From: a virus
Lineage: Duplodnaviria > Caudoviricetes
IMG/VR virus record: IMGVR_UViG_3300023055_000116
Location: 1 to 24,109 of that record
Direction: 5' to 3' (one strand)
DNA length: 24,109 nucleotides
Both the position numbers and the translations under genes were made by a program. This document shows, piece after piece, positions 8,113 to 16,339 of the stretch; within the stretch, counting starts at the first letter, position 1; every line of letters begins with the position of its first letter. The notes below the pieces were generated by a model that was not told where the DNA came from, made no database searches, and saw only the letters and a program-made list of their open reading frames with translations.

Positions 8113-8148
8113 AAAGCGGGCAGGCGTGGCGGGGGTACGAGCGCGCGC
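8113..8148 (+). other. cos packaging site (predicted 19-nt cohesive end 8123-8141)
   Basis: AAAGCGGGCA-GGCGTGGCGGGGGTACGAG-CGCGCGC aligns with P2 cos GGCGAGGCGGGGAAAGCAC-TGCGCGC; expected position between A and Q. Confidence 0.85.
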
Positions 8149-8309
8149 TAAGGGCCTCATATGAACATTTGATTAGTCATGAATAAGGGGCTAATTTGAA
8201 GTATATTGTTACACTTGAGCGAAATACGAAGTTATAGTATTGGCGAAAGAAGTGTGAATTTTCATAATTCTAATGCCAGAATGTTACTCTGACACAGCTG
8301 GAGACTTGG

Positions 8310-8780
8310 ATGTCTATCGAAGAAAAGTTTTTTCGAGAAATTGATTTAACTGATAGTTTTTTCAACTCATTACGAGCCGATTATGATGGTTTCGATAAAT
8401 GGTTTGCTTCAAAAGCTTCAAACAAAGCCTATGTATCGCATAATGATCTAGGTGAAATGGATGGTTTTCTGTATCTTAAAATTGAAGATGATCCAATCAC
8501 AGATACCATACCCGCTTTCAACGCAAAACCTAGAGTTAAGCTTGGAACATTTAAAATTAATGCTCACGGCACCAGATTAGGCGAAAGGTTTATAAGATTA
8601 GTTTTTAAATATGCAATGAATAATGGTTTAAAAGAAATCTATGTGACAATTTTCGATAAACATGTTGGTTTAATCAACCTTCTTGAAAATTATGGGTTTG
8701 AATTAAAAGCAAAAAAAATAGTTGCAACTATTAATGGTCATGAAGGAATTTATTTCAAGTCATTAGAGTGGAGAGATTAA
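8310..8780 (+). CDS. GNAT-family N-acetyltransferase
   Basis: GFLYLKIE, KLGTFKINAHGTRLGERFI (acetyl-CoA-binding motif A-like), IYVTIF...LLENYGF (motif B); GGAG RBS. Confidence 0.78.
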   Translation: MSIEEKFFREIDLTDSFFNSLRADYDGFDKWFASKASNKAYVSHNDLGEMDGFLYLKIEDDPITDTIPAFNAKPRVKLGTFKINAHGTRLGERFIRLVFKYAMNNGLKEIYVTIFDKHVGLINLLENYGFELKAKKIVATINGHEGIYFKSLEWRD

Positions 8781-9362
8781 ATGAGCAAACATAATTATCC
8801 GCTGGTTAAGCTTAATAATCGTAATTTCTTATTAAGTATTTACCCTACTTGGCATACAAGACTTTTTCCAGAATCTAAGTTGCACAATGAGGATGGAACC
8901 TTAATTAAAGATGTGGCGCATACTAATAGTATCGAGAAAGTATATCTTACAAAAATGGGCGGAACTGAAACTCTTCGTGAAGGAGATAACATACTCATAT
9001 ACAGAACTTCTGATGGTCAGGGGCCTGCACGCTATAGATCGGTTGCGACTTCTGTATGTGTAGTTATAGATGTGAAAAATATTCATTCTTTCGATAATTA
9101 TGATGATTTCAAAAAACACTGCGGGCCCTATACTGTATTTGATGAAGATGAGTTGAGACTTTTGTATAACAAGAAAAACTATCCTCAAATAATTAGGTTT
9201 ACTTATAATTTTCCTTTAGAGAAGCGAGTTATAAGGGATGACATAATGACCATCACAGGATATACTGATGCGAATTATTGGGGTTTTCTGGAATTAAGTG
9301 ATTCACATTTTAAGCGAATAGTCACAATGGGCGGGGTAAATGAAGGTTATATTATCGATTAA
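8781..9362 (+). CDS. PUA/EVE/ASCH-like domain protein, in frame with the upstream GNAT
   Basis: LLSIYPTWHTRLFPES, LREGDNILIYRT (PUA-like xxGDxxxxY strand), SVCVV; ATG directly follows the GNAT TAA and has GGAGAG upstream. Confidence 0.62.
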   Translation: MSKHNYPLVKLNNRNFLLSIYPTWHTRLFPESKLHNEDGTLIKDVAHTNSIEKVYLTKMGGTETLREGDNILIYRTSDGQGPARYRSVATSVCVVIDVKNIHSFDNYDDFKKHCGPYTVFDEDELRLLYNKKNYPQIIRFTYNFPLEKRVIRDDIMTITGYTDANYWGFLELSDSHFKRIVTMGGVNEGYIID

Positions 9363-9711
9363 GCCTGAATATGCTGAGCGTATTTTGTCTGGTGAAAAAA
9401 AATTCGAATTCAGGAAAAACATCTTTAAAAATAAAGATGTCGATACTGTTTTAATTTATGCCACTATGCCTGTTGGCAAAGTCATTGGTGAGTTTAAGGT
9501 TGGAGATATCCTTATGCACACACCCACTGAACTTTGGCACAAAACAAAAAGATATGCAGGCATCAGTCACAAATTTTTTGAAGATTATTTTCATTGTAGA
9601 GAAAAGGCTTTTGCAATTACTGTAAAAAACCCTAAGCGCTATCTCTCACCATTAGATCTTAATGACATATCTCCCGGTGCTAAGGCGCCGCAATCATTCC
9701 GATATGTTTAA
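9340..9711 (+). CDS. ASCH domain protein
   Basis: LSIKPEYAERILSGEKKFEFRK (GxKxxExR), VLIYATMPVGKVIGEF, APQSFRY; overlaps the upstream gene by 23 nt. Confidence 0.9.
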   Translation: MKVILSIKPEYAERILSGEKKFEFRKNIFKNKDVDTVLIYATMPVGKVIGEFKVGDILMHTPTELWHKTKRYAGISHKFFEDYFHCREKAFAITVKNPKRYLSPLDLNDISPGAKAPQSFRYV

Positions 9712-9729
9712 ACATTATTGAGCGCTGCT

Positions 9730-10269
9730 TTAACGTTTGCGCTCAATTTCATTAACGCATCTTGTGAATTCTTCTATTGTGGATGATGATAATATTTTTA
9801 TTGGTATGTTCAAATCTTGGCATATTGAAAAAGCATTCTCTCTCTCAAACTTAATTAATGCGTCTATATCATAGGATGGAGCAGCTCCATCTCTTTCTAT
9901 AATTCTTTTTATTATTGTCTCACTGTCATTTTCTAATAATATCACTCCATCAATGCATAATGACTGGAAAGTGCTTTTATCTAAACTCTTTATCCCTCCA
10001 TTTTTTTGAAGCAAGCAAAAGTGACCGTCAAGCAAAATTTTTTTATGTTTATTTAAAAGACTTTCAAGGGCCGAAATTAAAATCAATTGATTTCGATCTA
10101 AGTTTGAGGCCAATTTATCTAAAGGTATTTCTATATCACCATGGTTACGTATAAGTTGGCTAGCACTCTGGTAGTTCACATCATTTTCTTCGCTGTATTT
10201 TTTACATAAGTAGCCCTTCCCAACACCGTGCACACCAGCTACAAAAATTAGCATCTTACTCATTTCCAC
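9730..10269 (-). CDS. P-loop NMP-kinase-like protein (AAA_17 / archaeal adenylate-kinase-like); start may be ATG 10263 or 10254
   Basis: IFVAGVHGVGKG (P-loop), SASQLIR, ILLDGHF, IIKRIIERD (lid-like). Confidence 0.82.
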   Translation of the reverse strand: MEMSKMLIFVAGVHGVGKGYLCKKYSEENDVNYQSASQLIRNHGDIEIPLDKLASNLDRNQLILISALESLLNKHKKILLDGHFCLLQKNGGIKSLDKSTFQSLCIDGVILLENDSETIIKRIIERDGAAPSYDIDALIKFERENAFSICQDLNIPIKILSSSTIEEFTRCVNEIERKR

Positions 10270-10280
10270 TATAGAATTTA

Positions 10281-10289
10281 TGATAGAAT
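10281..10289 (+). promoter_or_regulatory. Possible extended -10 promoter for ASCH2 and the AbiC-like gene
   Basis: TG-A-TAGAAT about 26 nt upstream of ATG 10316. Confidence 0.4.
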
Positions 10290-10315
10290 TAGGGAGTTAA
10301 CATAAGGCGAAAAAA

Positions 10316-10699
10316 ATGAAAATTCAAGCTCTTTCAATAGTTAACCCCGCGGTGAATTTGATTCTTGATGGAATAAAGACTCATGAGATAAGGTCTTGGC
10401 TTCCCTCGGAGATTCCGTTGATGAATATTTTATTAGTTCAAAATAATCGTTATCTTGAGTTTGATAAGGATGAAGATGAGGGGGTCGGATTAGCTATTGT
10501 TGACTTTACTAGATTTTCAACTTGGACGGAAGTTGAACACTCTAAAGCCGGATCAATCGTCACATTAGGTCGAGATTGGAAGAAGGGGTATTATAAGTGG
10601 GAAATAAATAATATAAGAATTCTTAAGAATCCTATTTTTTGCAAGGCTAAAAAGGGGATTTATGAAATTGAAGTCGATTCAATAGCTTTAAAGGATTAA
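10316..10699 (+). CDS. Second ASCH domain protein (different subfamily)
   Basis: ALSIVNPAVNLILDGIKTHEIRSW (GxKxxExR), GLAIVDF, YKWEINNIRIL..PI..KAKKGIY. Confidence 0.85.
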   Translation: MKIQALSIVNPAVNLILDGIKTHEIRSWLPSEIPLMNILLVQNNRYLEFDKDEDEGVGLAIVDFTRFSTWTEVEHSKAGSIVTLGRDWKKGYYKWEINNIRILKNPIFCKAKKGIYEIEVDSIALKD

Positions 10700-10701
10700 A
10701 A

Positions 10702-11487
10702 ATGTCTAACATACTTTTTCTAAAAGCCAAAAGATTTGCTGTAATACCGGTTGTATCATTATTAGCACTGTTTCTTATCGGTGCAGCTTTGATTATGTAT
10801 TATAATTTTTTTGGTGATCGTCAAATAAGTAATTCAGTTGAAAAGTGGGGCCAATTTGGAGATTATATAGGAGGGGTGCTAAATCCGGGTTTAAGTTTCA
10901 TATCGATAATTTTAGTTTGCTACACGCTTCACGTTACTTCTCGTCAATCCTCAATGCAATCATTCGAATCTGTCCTATTTGAATTGCTCCGTTATCATAA
11001 AGAACATCTTGAAAATGTTAAGGTAAAGTATGGGGAAAATACATATTCAGGTGTGGATGCATTAAATTGGTGCATTACCGAGGTGAAGTTTAATTTTCGA
11101 AATTTAAGTGATGATGAGCAGCCGGCACCGAAAAGATTAACCTCCTCTATTGATCGTTTCTATGATAATGATGTTTTTTTCTCTAGTGCAGGACATTATT
11201 TTAGGAATTTATATCACATATTTAAACATATTGATGAGTCGTATTTTCTTTCAAAGAATGAAAGGGTTAAATATGCTAAGCTTGTTAGGGCGCAACTTTC
11301 CTCCATAGAGTCCGGGGCTATAATGCTCAATGGTCTTTCAACTATAGGCGGCAGATCCAGAGTTTACATTCACAAATATTCACTTTTGCAAGAATATACA
11401 TTGGGAAGTGATTTTAAAAGTGAGCTGGAGGCCTCAGGAGCGCTTGTCTTATATTCTGCTGAGGCATATGGAGATAAAGGAAATTAA
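10702..11487 (+). CDS. Membrane-anchored putative abortive infection protein (putAbiC, PF16872-like)
   Basis: N-terminal hydrophobic helix, WGQFGDYIGGVLNPGLSFISIILV (second TM), FESVLFELL, GHYFRNLYHIFKHID, KYAKLVRAQLS. Confidence 0.82.
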   Translation: MSNILFLKAKRFAVIPVVSLLALFLIGAALIMYYNFFGDRQISNSVEKWGQFGDYIGGVLNPGLSFISIILVCYTLHVTSRQSSMQSFESVLFELLRYHKEHLENVKVKYGENTYSGVDALNWCITEVKFNFRNLSDDEQPAPKRLTSSIDRFYDNDVFFSSAGHYFRNLYHIFKHIDESYFLSKNERVKYAKLVRAQLSSIESGAIMLNGLSTIGGRSRVYIHKYSLLQEYTLGSDFKSELEASGALVLYSAEAYGDKGN

Positions 11488-11492
11488 AAATT

Positions 11493-12524
11493 TTAACCTA
11501 ATTCATAAGGTGAGAATCTTATAATCTCGCAATCTAACAATTCATTAATTTCCTTCATTCTTTCTTGTAAGGGGATTAGTTCATTGCGTACGAATACTTT
11601 ACAGGCTTTCTCAGCGTCACCAAAACCGCCAACGTTGTTAGGTATTATCCCCATCATCTGAGGCGGCACCCGGTGCGCGGCCATCATGTCGTCACGGCTC
11701 ACGTTTTTGATATTAAGAAACTCATCCTTAGCTGCCACCTCTGACAGCGGGATGATCTGAATCCCGTCCTTCTTCCCGTTCGGCGAGTACATAAACAGGT
11801 TGCGGAAGTTGCCCGGCCCCTTGGCGCTTTTCATTGCCTGGCGGATGTTGTTCACGTCTTCCTGATTTTGCGCCGCGTCGGTCATATACATGATGAAACC
11901 GGCGTGACTGCCGTTCAGGTAGTATTTGCGGCGGAACAGCGTTGCCGACTCGTTTAGCAGGGTGGACGGGATCGCCGAAAGGTATTCCGGCAGGCCGTAA
12001 ACCTCCTGATTCAAATCCGGCTCCATCAGGTGAAACACGCTGCCTTTGGTGAACTCGTAGGGCTGGGTGTTCATGCCATATTGAACAAACCAGTAGGTGT
12101 CTAAATCGGTGCCGCGTCGGGTGAATTTTGCCAGTGCCGGCTCAAGCGCCAGCACGCCGCCGAGCCTGTTGGTGCGCTTTTCCAGATAGGCGTTGCCGAA
12201 CACCAGATAGTCCTGCACAAAACGGCTAAACGCCTGCTGGCTCAGCAGCGGGTGAGGGATGAAAGTGCTGGTCAGGATGTTGCGCTTCACGTTGATCGGC
12301 GAGCTGTGATGCACTGCGGCGCGGAACGTGCGCGCCAGCCCGTCAAAGCTCACCGGCGGTTCATACCACTTGTCCATCACCACGCATTCCACGTAGTCCA
12401 GTAGCTCGCGGCGGTCCAGCACCGGCACCGGGTCGCCAAAGGTGAACGCTTCTGCCGCCGGGCCGCCTGTCATCTGTTCTTGCTGCACGTGCTGCGTGCG
12501 CGTACGGTTCCTGCGTTTGCTCAT
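11493..12524 (-). CDS. Q: Portal protein gpQ
   Basis: AFTFGDPVPVLDRRE, WYEPPVSF, YGLPEYL, KGPGNFRNLF, AHRVPPQMMG. Confidence 0.97.
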   Translation of the reverse strand: MSKRRNRTRTQHVQQEQMTGGPAAEAFTFGDPVPVLDRRELLDYVECVVMDKWYEPPVSFDGLARTFRAAVHHSSPINVKRNILTSTFIPHPLLSQQAFSRFVQDYLVFGNAYLEKRTNRLGGVLALEPALAKFTRRGTDLDTYWFVQYGMNTQPYEFTKGSVFHLMEPDLNQEVYGLPEYLSAIPSTLLNESATLFRRKYYLNGSHAGFIMYMTDAAQNQEDVNNIRQAMKSAKGPGNFRNLFMYSPNGKKDGIQIIPLSEVAAKDEFLNIKNVSRDDMMAAHRVPPQMMGIIPNNVGGFGDAEKACKVFVRNELIPLQERMKEINELLDCEIIRFSPYELG

Positions 12525-14291
12525 TTAAAAAATCTCCATAATGTTGCCGGTGTGGGCGGCTTCGCCCTGTAGCGGTTCGTTTGCCAGTGCGTGCATGGTC
12601 GCCCACGCCAGATCGGCGTGGCTCGCTTCTTCGCTGCGGCTGGCTTCGTAGGTCGGGCGGTTTCCGCTGGCCGTGGTGGCGCGGCGGATTGCCATGAATG
12701 ACTGCGCGATATCGAGGTGTCCGGCGTCGAACTCCAGGCGCCCGCTGCTGATGATGTCGAACGCCTTCAGCACCAGGGCATTTTTCACGTTCGGGTTATA
12801 AACAAACTCTTTCACCGCCGGATAAAACATCTTCACGTTTTCGTACACGCCGAGGCCGACGCCGGTGGAGTCGATGCCGATATAGGTCACGTTGTACTGC
12901 TGCGTCAGCTTTTTGATGGACTCGGCCTGCGCGCGGAAGTCCATGCCGCGCCACTGGTGGCGCTCGAGTATGCGGAACTTGCCGCCCGGCACGGCAGGCG
13001 GGGCGATCACCACGCACCCGGCGCTGTCGCCGTTCTGCGTCCCTTTCGCCGGGTCGTAACCGATCCACACTTCGCGCCAGCCAAACGGCCGCAGCGCCAG
13101 CGCTTCGAAGTCGCTCCAGATTTCCCAACTGTCCACCATGCACTTCTGCAGCAGCTGCAGCGGGAACACGGACGCTAAGTCGTCTACGAATTCGCACATC
13201 AGCAGGTTCTGATATTCCGGCGGGCTGTATTCGAGGCGCAGCTGGTCGAGGTCAAACAGGTTACAGCCACCGCGCACGGCGTCCTCAACGGTGACAATCT
13301 GGCGGAACTGGCCATCATCGCAGAAGCGGCCCGGCGACAGATTCATGTGCGACAGGTCGATGTCCACGCGGTCCGCCTTCGCGCGGCCCCGGTTGAACAG
13401 ACCGCCGGACCAGAACGGATAGGCGCTGTGCGTGAGGCTGGACGGGGTGGAAAAATAGGTTTGGCGCCACTTCTTATGCAGCGCCATGCCTGACGCCACC
13501 TTGCGCAGCTCCTGAAACTTCGGGATCCAGAAGTATTCATCAAGGTAGAGGTTGCCGTGGTAGCTCTGCGCGGTGCGGGCGTTGGTGCCGAGGAAGTACA
13601 GGCACGCGCCGTTGCTGAGCGTCATCGGATCGCCCTTTAGCTCAACATCAACCTCTTTAGCGAACTCGATGATGTACTGCTTGAAGACGTGCGCCTGTGC
13701 TTTACTCGCTGAAAGGAAAATCTGATTGCGTCCGGTGGTCAGCGCATCCAGCAGCGCCTCACGCGCAAAATAGTAGGTGGCACCAATCTGGCGCGACTTC
13801 AGCACGTTGCGGATGCGGTGCTTGTTTCCCGCGTCCCACCACTGGCGCTGGTAGCCGAACATCGAGCCGTGGAAAATCTCCTGTAATTTCTCCACTTGTT
13901 CGTCGCTAAACACATTCTTTTCCGGCGGCTTGCGCGGCCCGCTGTTGCGGTTCGTCACGTTCGGATTGAGATCCGCCTCGTTGCCGCCGTTGCTGAACTT
14001 GCCGATGCGGGCATGGCGCTCTGACTGGCGCGCCAGCAGGTCAATCTCCTTAAAGTCTCTTCCTTCTTTTGTCTCCTTCATGATCAGCTGGCAGTAGCGC
14101 GCGGCGGTGGTCAGCTGCATCTGGTCAAGCGGGCCATAGTCGCCCCATTTGTCGCGCTTCTTCCAGCTGTGAACGGTTGCGGGTTTCTCTCCCAGCATTT
14201 CAGCAATGCGGGCGATGCGGTATCCCTGAAAGTACAGCAGCATGGCCTGCCTGCGGGGATCGAGGTCTTCGGGGGCGAGTGTCGTTGTCAT
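12525..14291 (-). CDS. P: Terminase ATPase subunit gpP (start reassigned from 14396 to ATG 14291, 588 aa)
   Basis: DLDPRRQAMLLYFQG, LKSRQIGAT (Walker A), LYLDEYFW (Walker B), IGYDPA; the ORF-track extension overlaps the late promoter. Confidence 0.95.
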   Translation of the reverse strand: MTTTLAPEDLDPRRQAMLLYFQGYRIARIAEMLGEKPATVHSWKKRDKWGDYGPLDQMQLTTAARYCQLIMKETKEGRDFKEIDLLARQSERHARIGKFSNGGNEADLNPNVTNRNSGPRKPPEKNVFSDEQVEKLQEIFHGSMFGYQRQWWDAGNKHRIRNVLKSRQIGATYYFAREALLDALTTGRNQIFLSASKAQAHVFKQYIIEFAKEVDVELKGDPMTLSNGACLYFLGTNARTAQSYHGNLYLDEYFWIPKFQELRKVASGMALHKKWRQTYFSTPSSLTHSAYPFWSGGLFNRGRAKADRVDIDLSHMNLSPGRFCDDGQFRQIVTVEDAVRGGCNLFDLDQLRLEYSPPEYQNLLMCEFVDDLASVFPLQLLQKCMVDSWEIWSDFEALALRPFGWREVWIGYDPAKGTQNGDSAGCVVIAPPAVPGGKFRILERHQWRGMDFRAQAESIKKLTQQYNVTYIGIDSTGVGLGVYENVKMFYPAVKEFVYNPNVKNALVLKAFDIISSGRLEFDAGHLDIAQSFMAIRRATTASGNRPTYEASRSEEASHADLAWATMHALANEPLQGEAAHTGNIMEIF

Positions 14292-14335
14292 GGCCCCAAA
14301 ATACGGCCCCGACGATCCCTTTTCTGCCGCCTGCC

Positions 14336-14357
14336 GTTGTGTGGCTGCCCGCACAAC
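14336..14357. promoter_or_regulatory. Ogr/B late-activator binding site between divergent P and O
   Basis: GTTGT-N12-ACAAC matches the TGT-N12-ACA consensus. Confidence 0.82.
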
Positions 14358-14433
14358 GTGCCCGCGTTGTTTCGACCCCCTCTGAACCGCAAACATAAGG
14401 CTTCAAAGCGATTTACCCAACGGAGCCTGACCT

Positions 14434-15264
14434 ATGGCAGTTAAAGCAAAGCGTTTTCGTATCGGGGTGGAAGGTGCCACCACGGACGGACGCGAAATTT
14501 CCCGCGAATGGCTGGAGCAGATGGCCGCCGCCTACAACCCGGCGGTTTACACCGCGACCATCAATCTGGAACACATCAAATCGTACTCGCCAGACAGCAC
14601 CTTTAACCGCTATGGCACGGTAAGCGCGCTGGGGACGGAGGAGATCACCGACGGTCCGCTGGCCGGAAAGCTGGCGCTGTATGCCGACATCCTGCCGACG
14701 GATTCCCTCGTGGCGCTAGTAAAACAGGGCCAGAAGCTTTTCACCTCCATGGAAGTCAGCACCAAGTTTGCCGACACCGGCAAAGCCTACCTGGTTGGCC
14801 TGGCTGCCACCGACGACCCGGCAAGCCTCGGCACCGAGATGCTGGCCTTTAGCGCCAGCGCACAACACAACCCGCTGGCAAACCGCAAACAGCACCCGGA
14901 AAACCTGTTCACCGCCGCCACCGAAACCGCGATCGAGCTGGAAGAGGTGGAAGACAAACCCGCGCTGTTTGCCCGTATCACCGCGCTGTTCGGTAAAAAG
15001 CAGCAGTCTGACGATGCCCGCTTTTCTGACGTGCATCAGGCCGTGGAGTTGGTTGCTACCGAGCAGCAGGAATTCAGCACCCGCACCGATAAGGCGCTGG
15101 GCGAGCAGGCGGATCGCCTGAGCCAATTGGAAAACCTGCTGGAAACGCAGGTGAACGATTTCACCGAACTTAAGCAGCAGCTGGGCCGAGAAGACAGCCG
15201 CGCCGATTACCGCCAGCGCGCGCCGGGTGGCAATGCGCCAGCCGCAAACATGACCAACTGCTAA
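14434..15264 (+). CDS. O: Capsid scaffolding protein/protease gpO
   Basis: FRIGVEGATTDGREI, INLEH, GLAATDDPASLGTE. Confidence 0.96.
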   Translation: MAVKAKRFRIGVEGATTDGREISREWLEQMAAAYNPAVYTATINLEHIKSYSPDSTFNRYGTVSALGTEEITDGPLAGKLALYADILPTDSLVALVKQGQKLFTSMEVSTKFADTGKAYLVGLAATDDPASLGTEMLAFSASAQHNPLANRKQHPENLFTAATETAIELEEVEDKPALFARITALFGKKQQSDDARFSDVHQAVELVATEQQEFSTRTDKALGEQADRLSQLENLLETQVNDFTELKQQLGREDSRADYRQRAPGGNAPAANMTNC

Positions 15265-15280
15265 AGGAGCAGCATATCCA

Positions 15281-16336
15281 ATGAAAAAGAATACCCGCTT
15301 TGCCTTCAACGCCTACCTGATGCAGCTGGCAAAACTCAACGGCGTGCCGGTTGAAGAGTTGTCCAGCAAGTTCAACGTTGAGCCATCAGTGGCGCAAACG
15401 CTGGAAGACACCATTCAGCAGTCGGCGGCCTTCCTGACGCTGGTCAACGTGATCGGCGTGCCTGAGCAATCCGGCCAACTGCTGGGTCTTGGCGTCGGCA
15501 GCACCATTGCCGGCACCACCGACACCACGGCTAAAGACCGTGAGCCAACCGATCCGACGGTCATGACGGATGTTGAATACCGTTGCGAGCAGACCAACTT
15601 TGACACAGCGCTGACCTACGCAAAGCTGGACCTGTGGGCGAAATTTCAGGACTTCCAGACCCGCATTCGTGACGCCATCGTCAAGCGTCAGGCGCTGGAC
15701 CGCATCATGATCGGCTTTAACGGTATTGCCCGCGCGAAATCCTCCAACCGCACCGCCAACCCTCTGCTGCAGGACGTTAACAAGGGCTGGTTGCAGAAGG
15801 TACGCGAAGATGCGCCGGACAACGTGCTGGGCAGCGTGACCAAAGACGGCGAAACCACCGCCGAGCCGGTGAAAGTGGGCAAGGGCGGCGTCTATGCCAA
15901 CCTCGACGCGCTGGTGATGGATGCGGTTAACGAGCTGATTGATCCGATTTTCCAGGACGACGACGAACTGGTGGTCATCTGTGGCCGCGAGCTGCTGGCG
16001 GACAAGTATTTCCCGCTGGTTAACAACGAGCAGGACAACACCAACAAGCTGGCCGCCGATCTCATCATCAGCCAGAAACGCATGGGCGGCCTGCAGGCGG
16101 TGCGCGCGCCTTACTTCCCGGCTAATGCGGTGCTGATCACCCGCCTCGATAACCTGTCGATTTACTGGCAGGAAGAGTCCCGCCGCCGCTCACTCATCGA
16201 CAACCCGAAACGTGACCGCATTGAAAACTTTGAATCGGTCAATGAGGCCTACGTGGTTGAGGACTACCGCTGCGCCGCCCTGGTTGAAAACATCACCATT
16301 GGTGACTTCTCAGCAGACGCTGGCGCGGGAGCGTAA
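15281..16336 (+). CDS. N: Major capsid protein gpN
   Basis: TRFAFNAY, ALDRIMIGFNG, NPLLQDVNKGWLQK, NEAYVVEDY. Confidence 0.97.
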   Translation: MKKNTRFAFNAYLMQLAKLNGVPVEELSSKFNVEPSVAQTLEDTIQQSAAFLTLVNVIGVPEQSGQLLGLGVGSTIAGTTDTTAKDREPTDPTVMTDVEYRCEQTNFDTALTYAKLDLWAKFQDFQTRIRDAIVKRQALDRIMIGFNGIARAKSSNRTANPLLQDVNKGWLQKVREDAPDNVLGSVTKDGETTAEPVKVGKGGVYANLDALVMDAVNELIDPIFQDDDELVVICGRELLADKYFPLVNNEQDNTNKLAADLIISQKRMGGLQAVRAPYFPANAVLITRLDNLSIYWQEESRRRSLIDNPKRDRIENFESVNEAYVVEDYRCAALVENITIGDFSADAGAGA

Positions 16337-16339
16337 TCA

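Noticed and set aside
14292-14396. 35-aa N-terminal extension of terminase P in the ORF track
   Set aside because: Covers the late promoter and activator site; gpP-like sequence begins at ATG 14291
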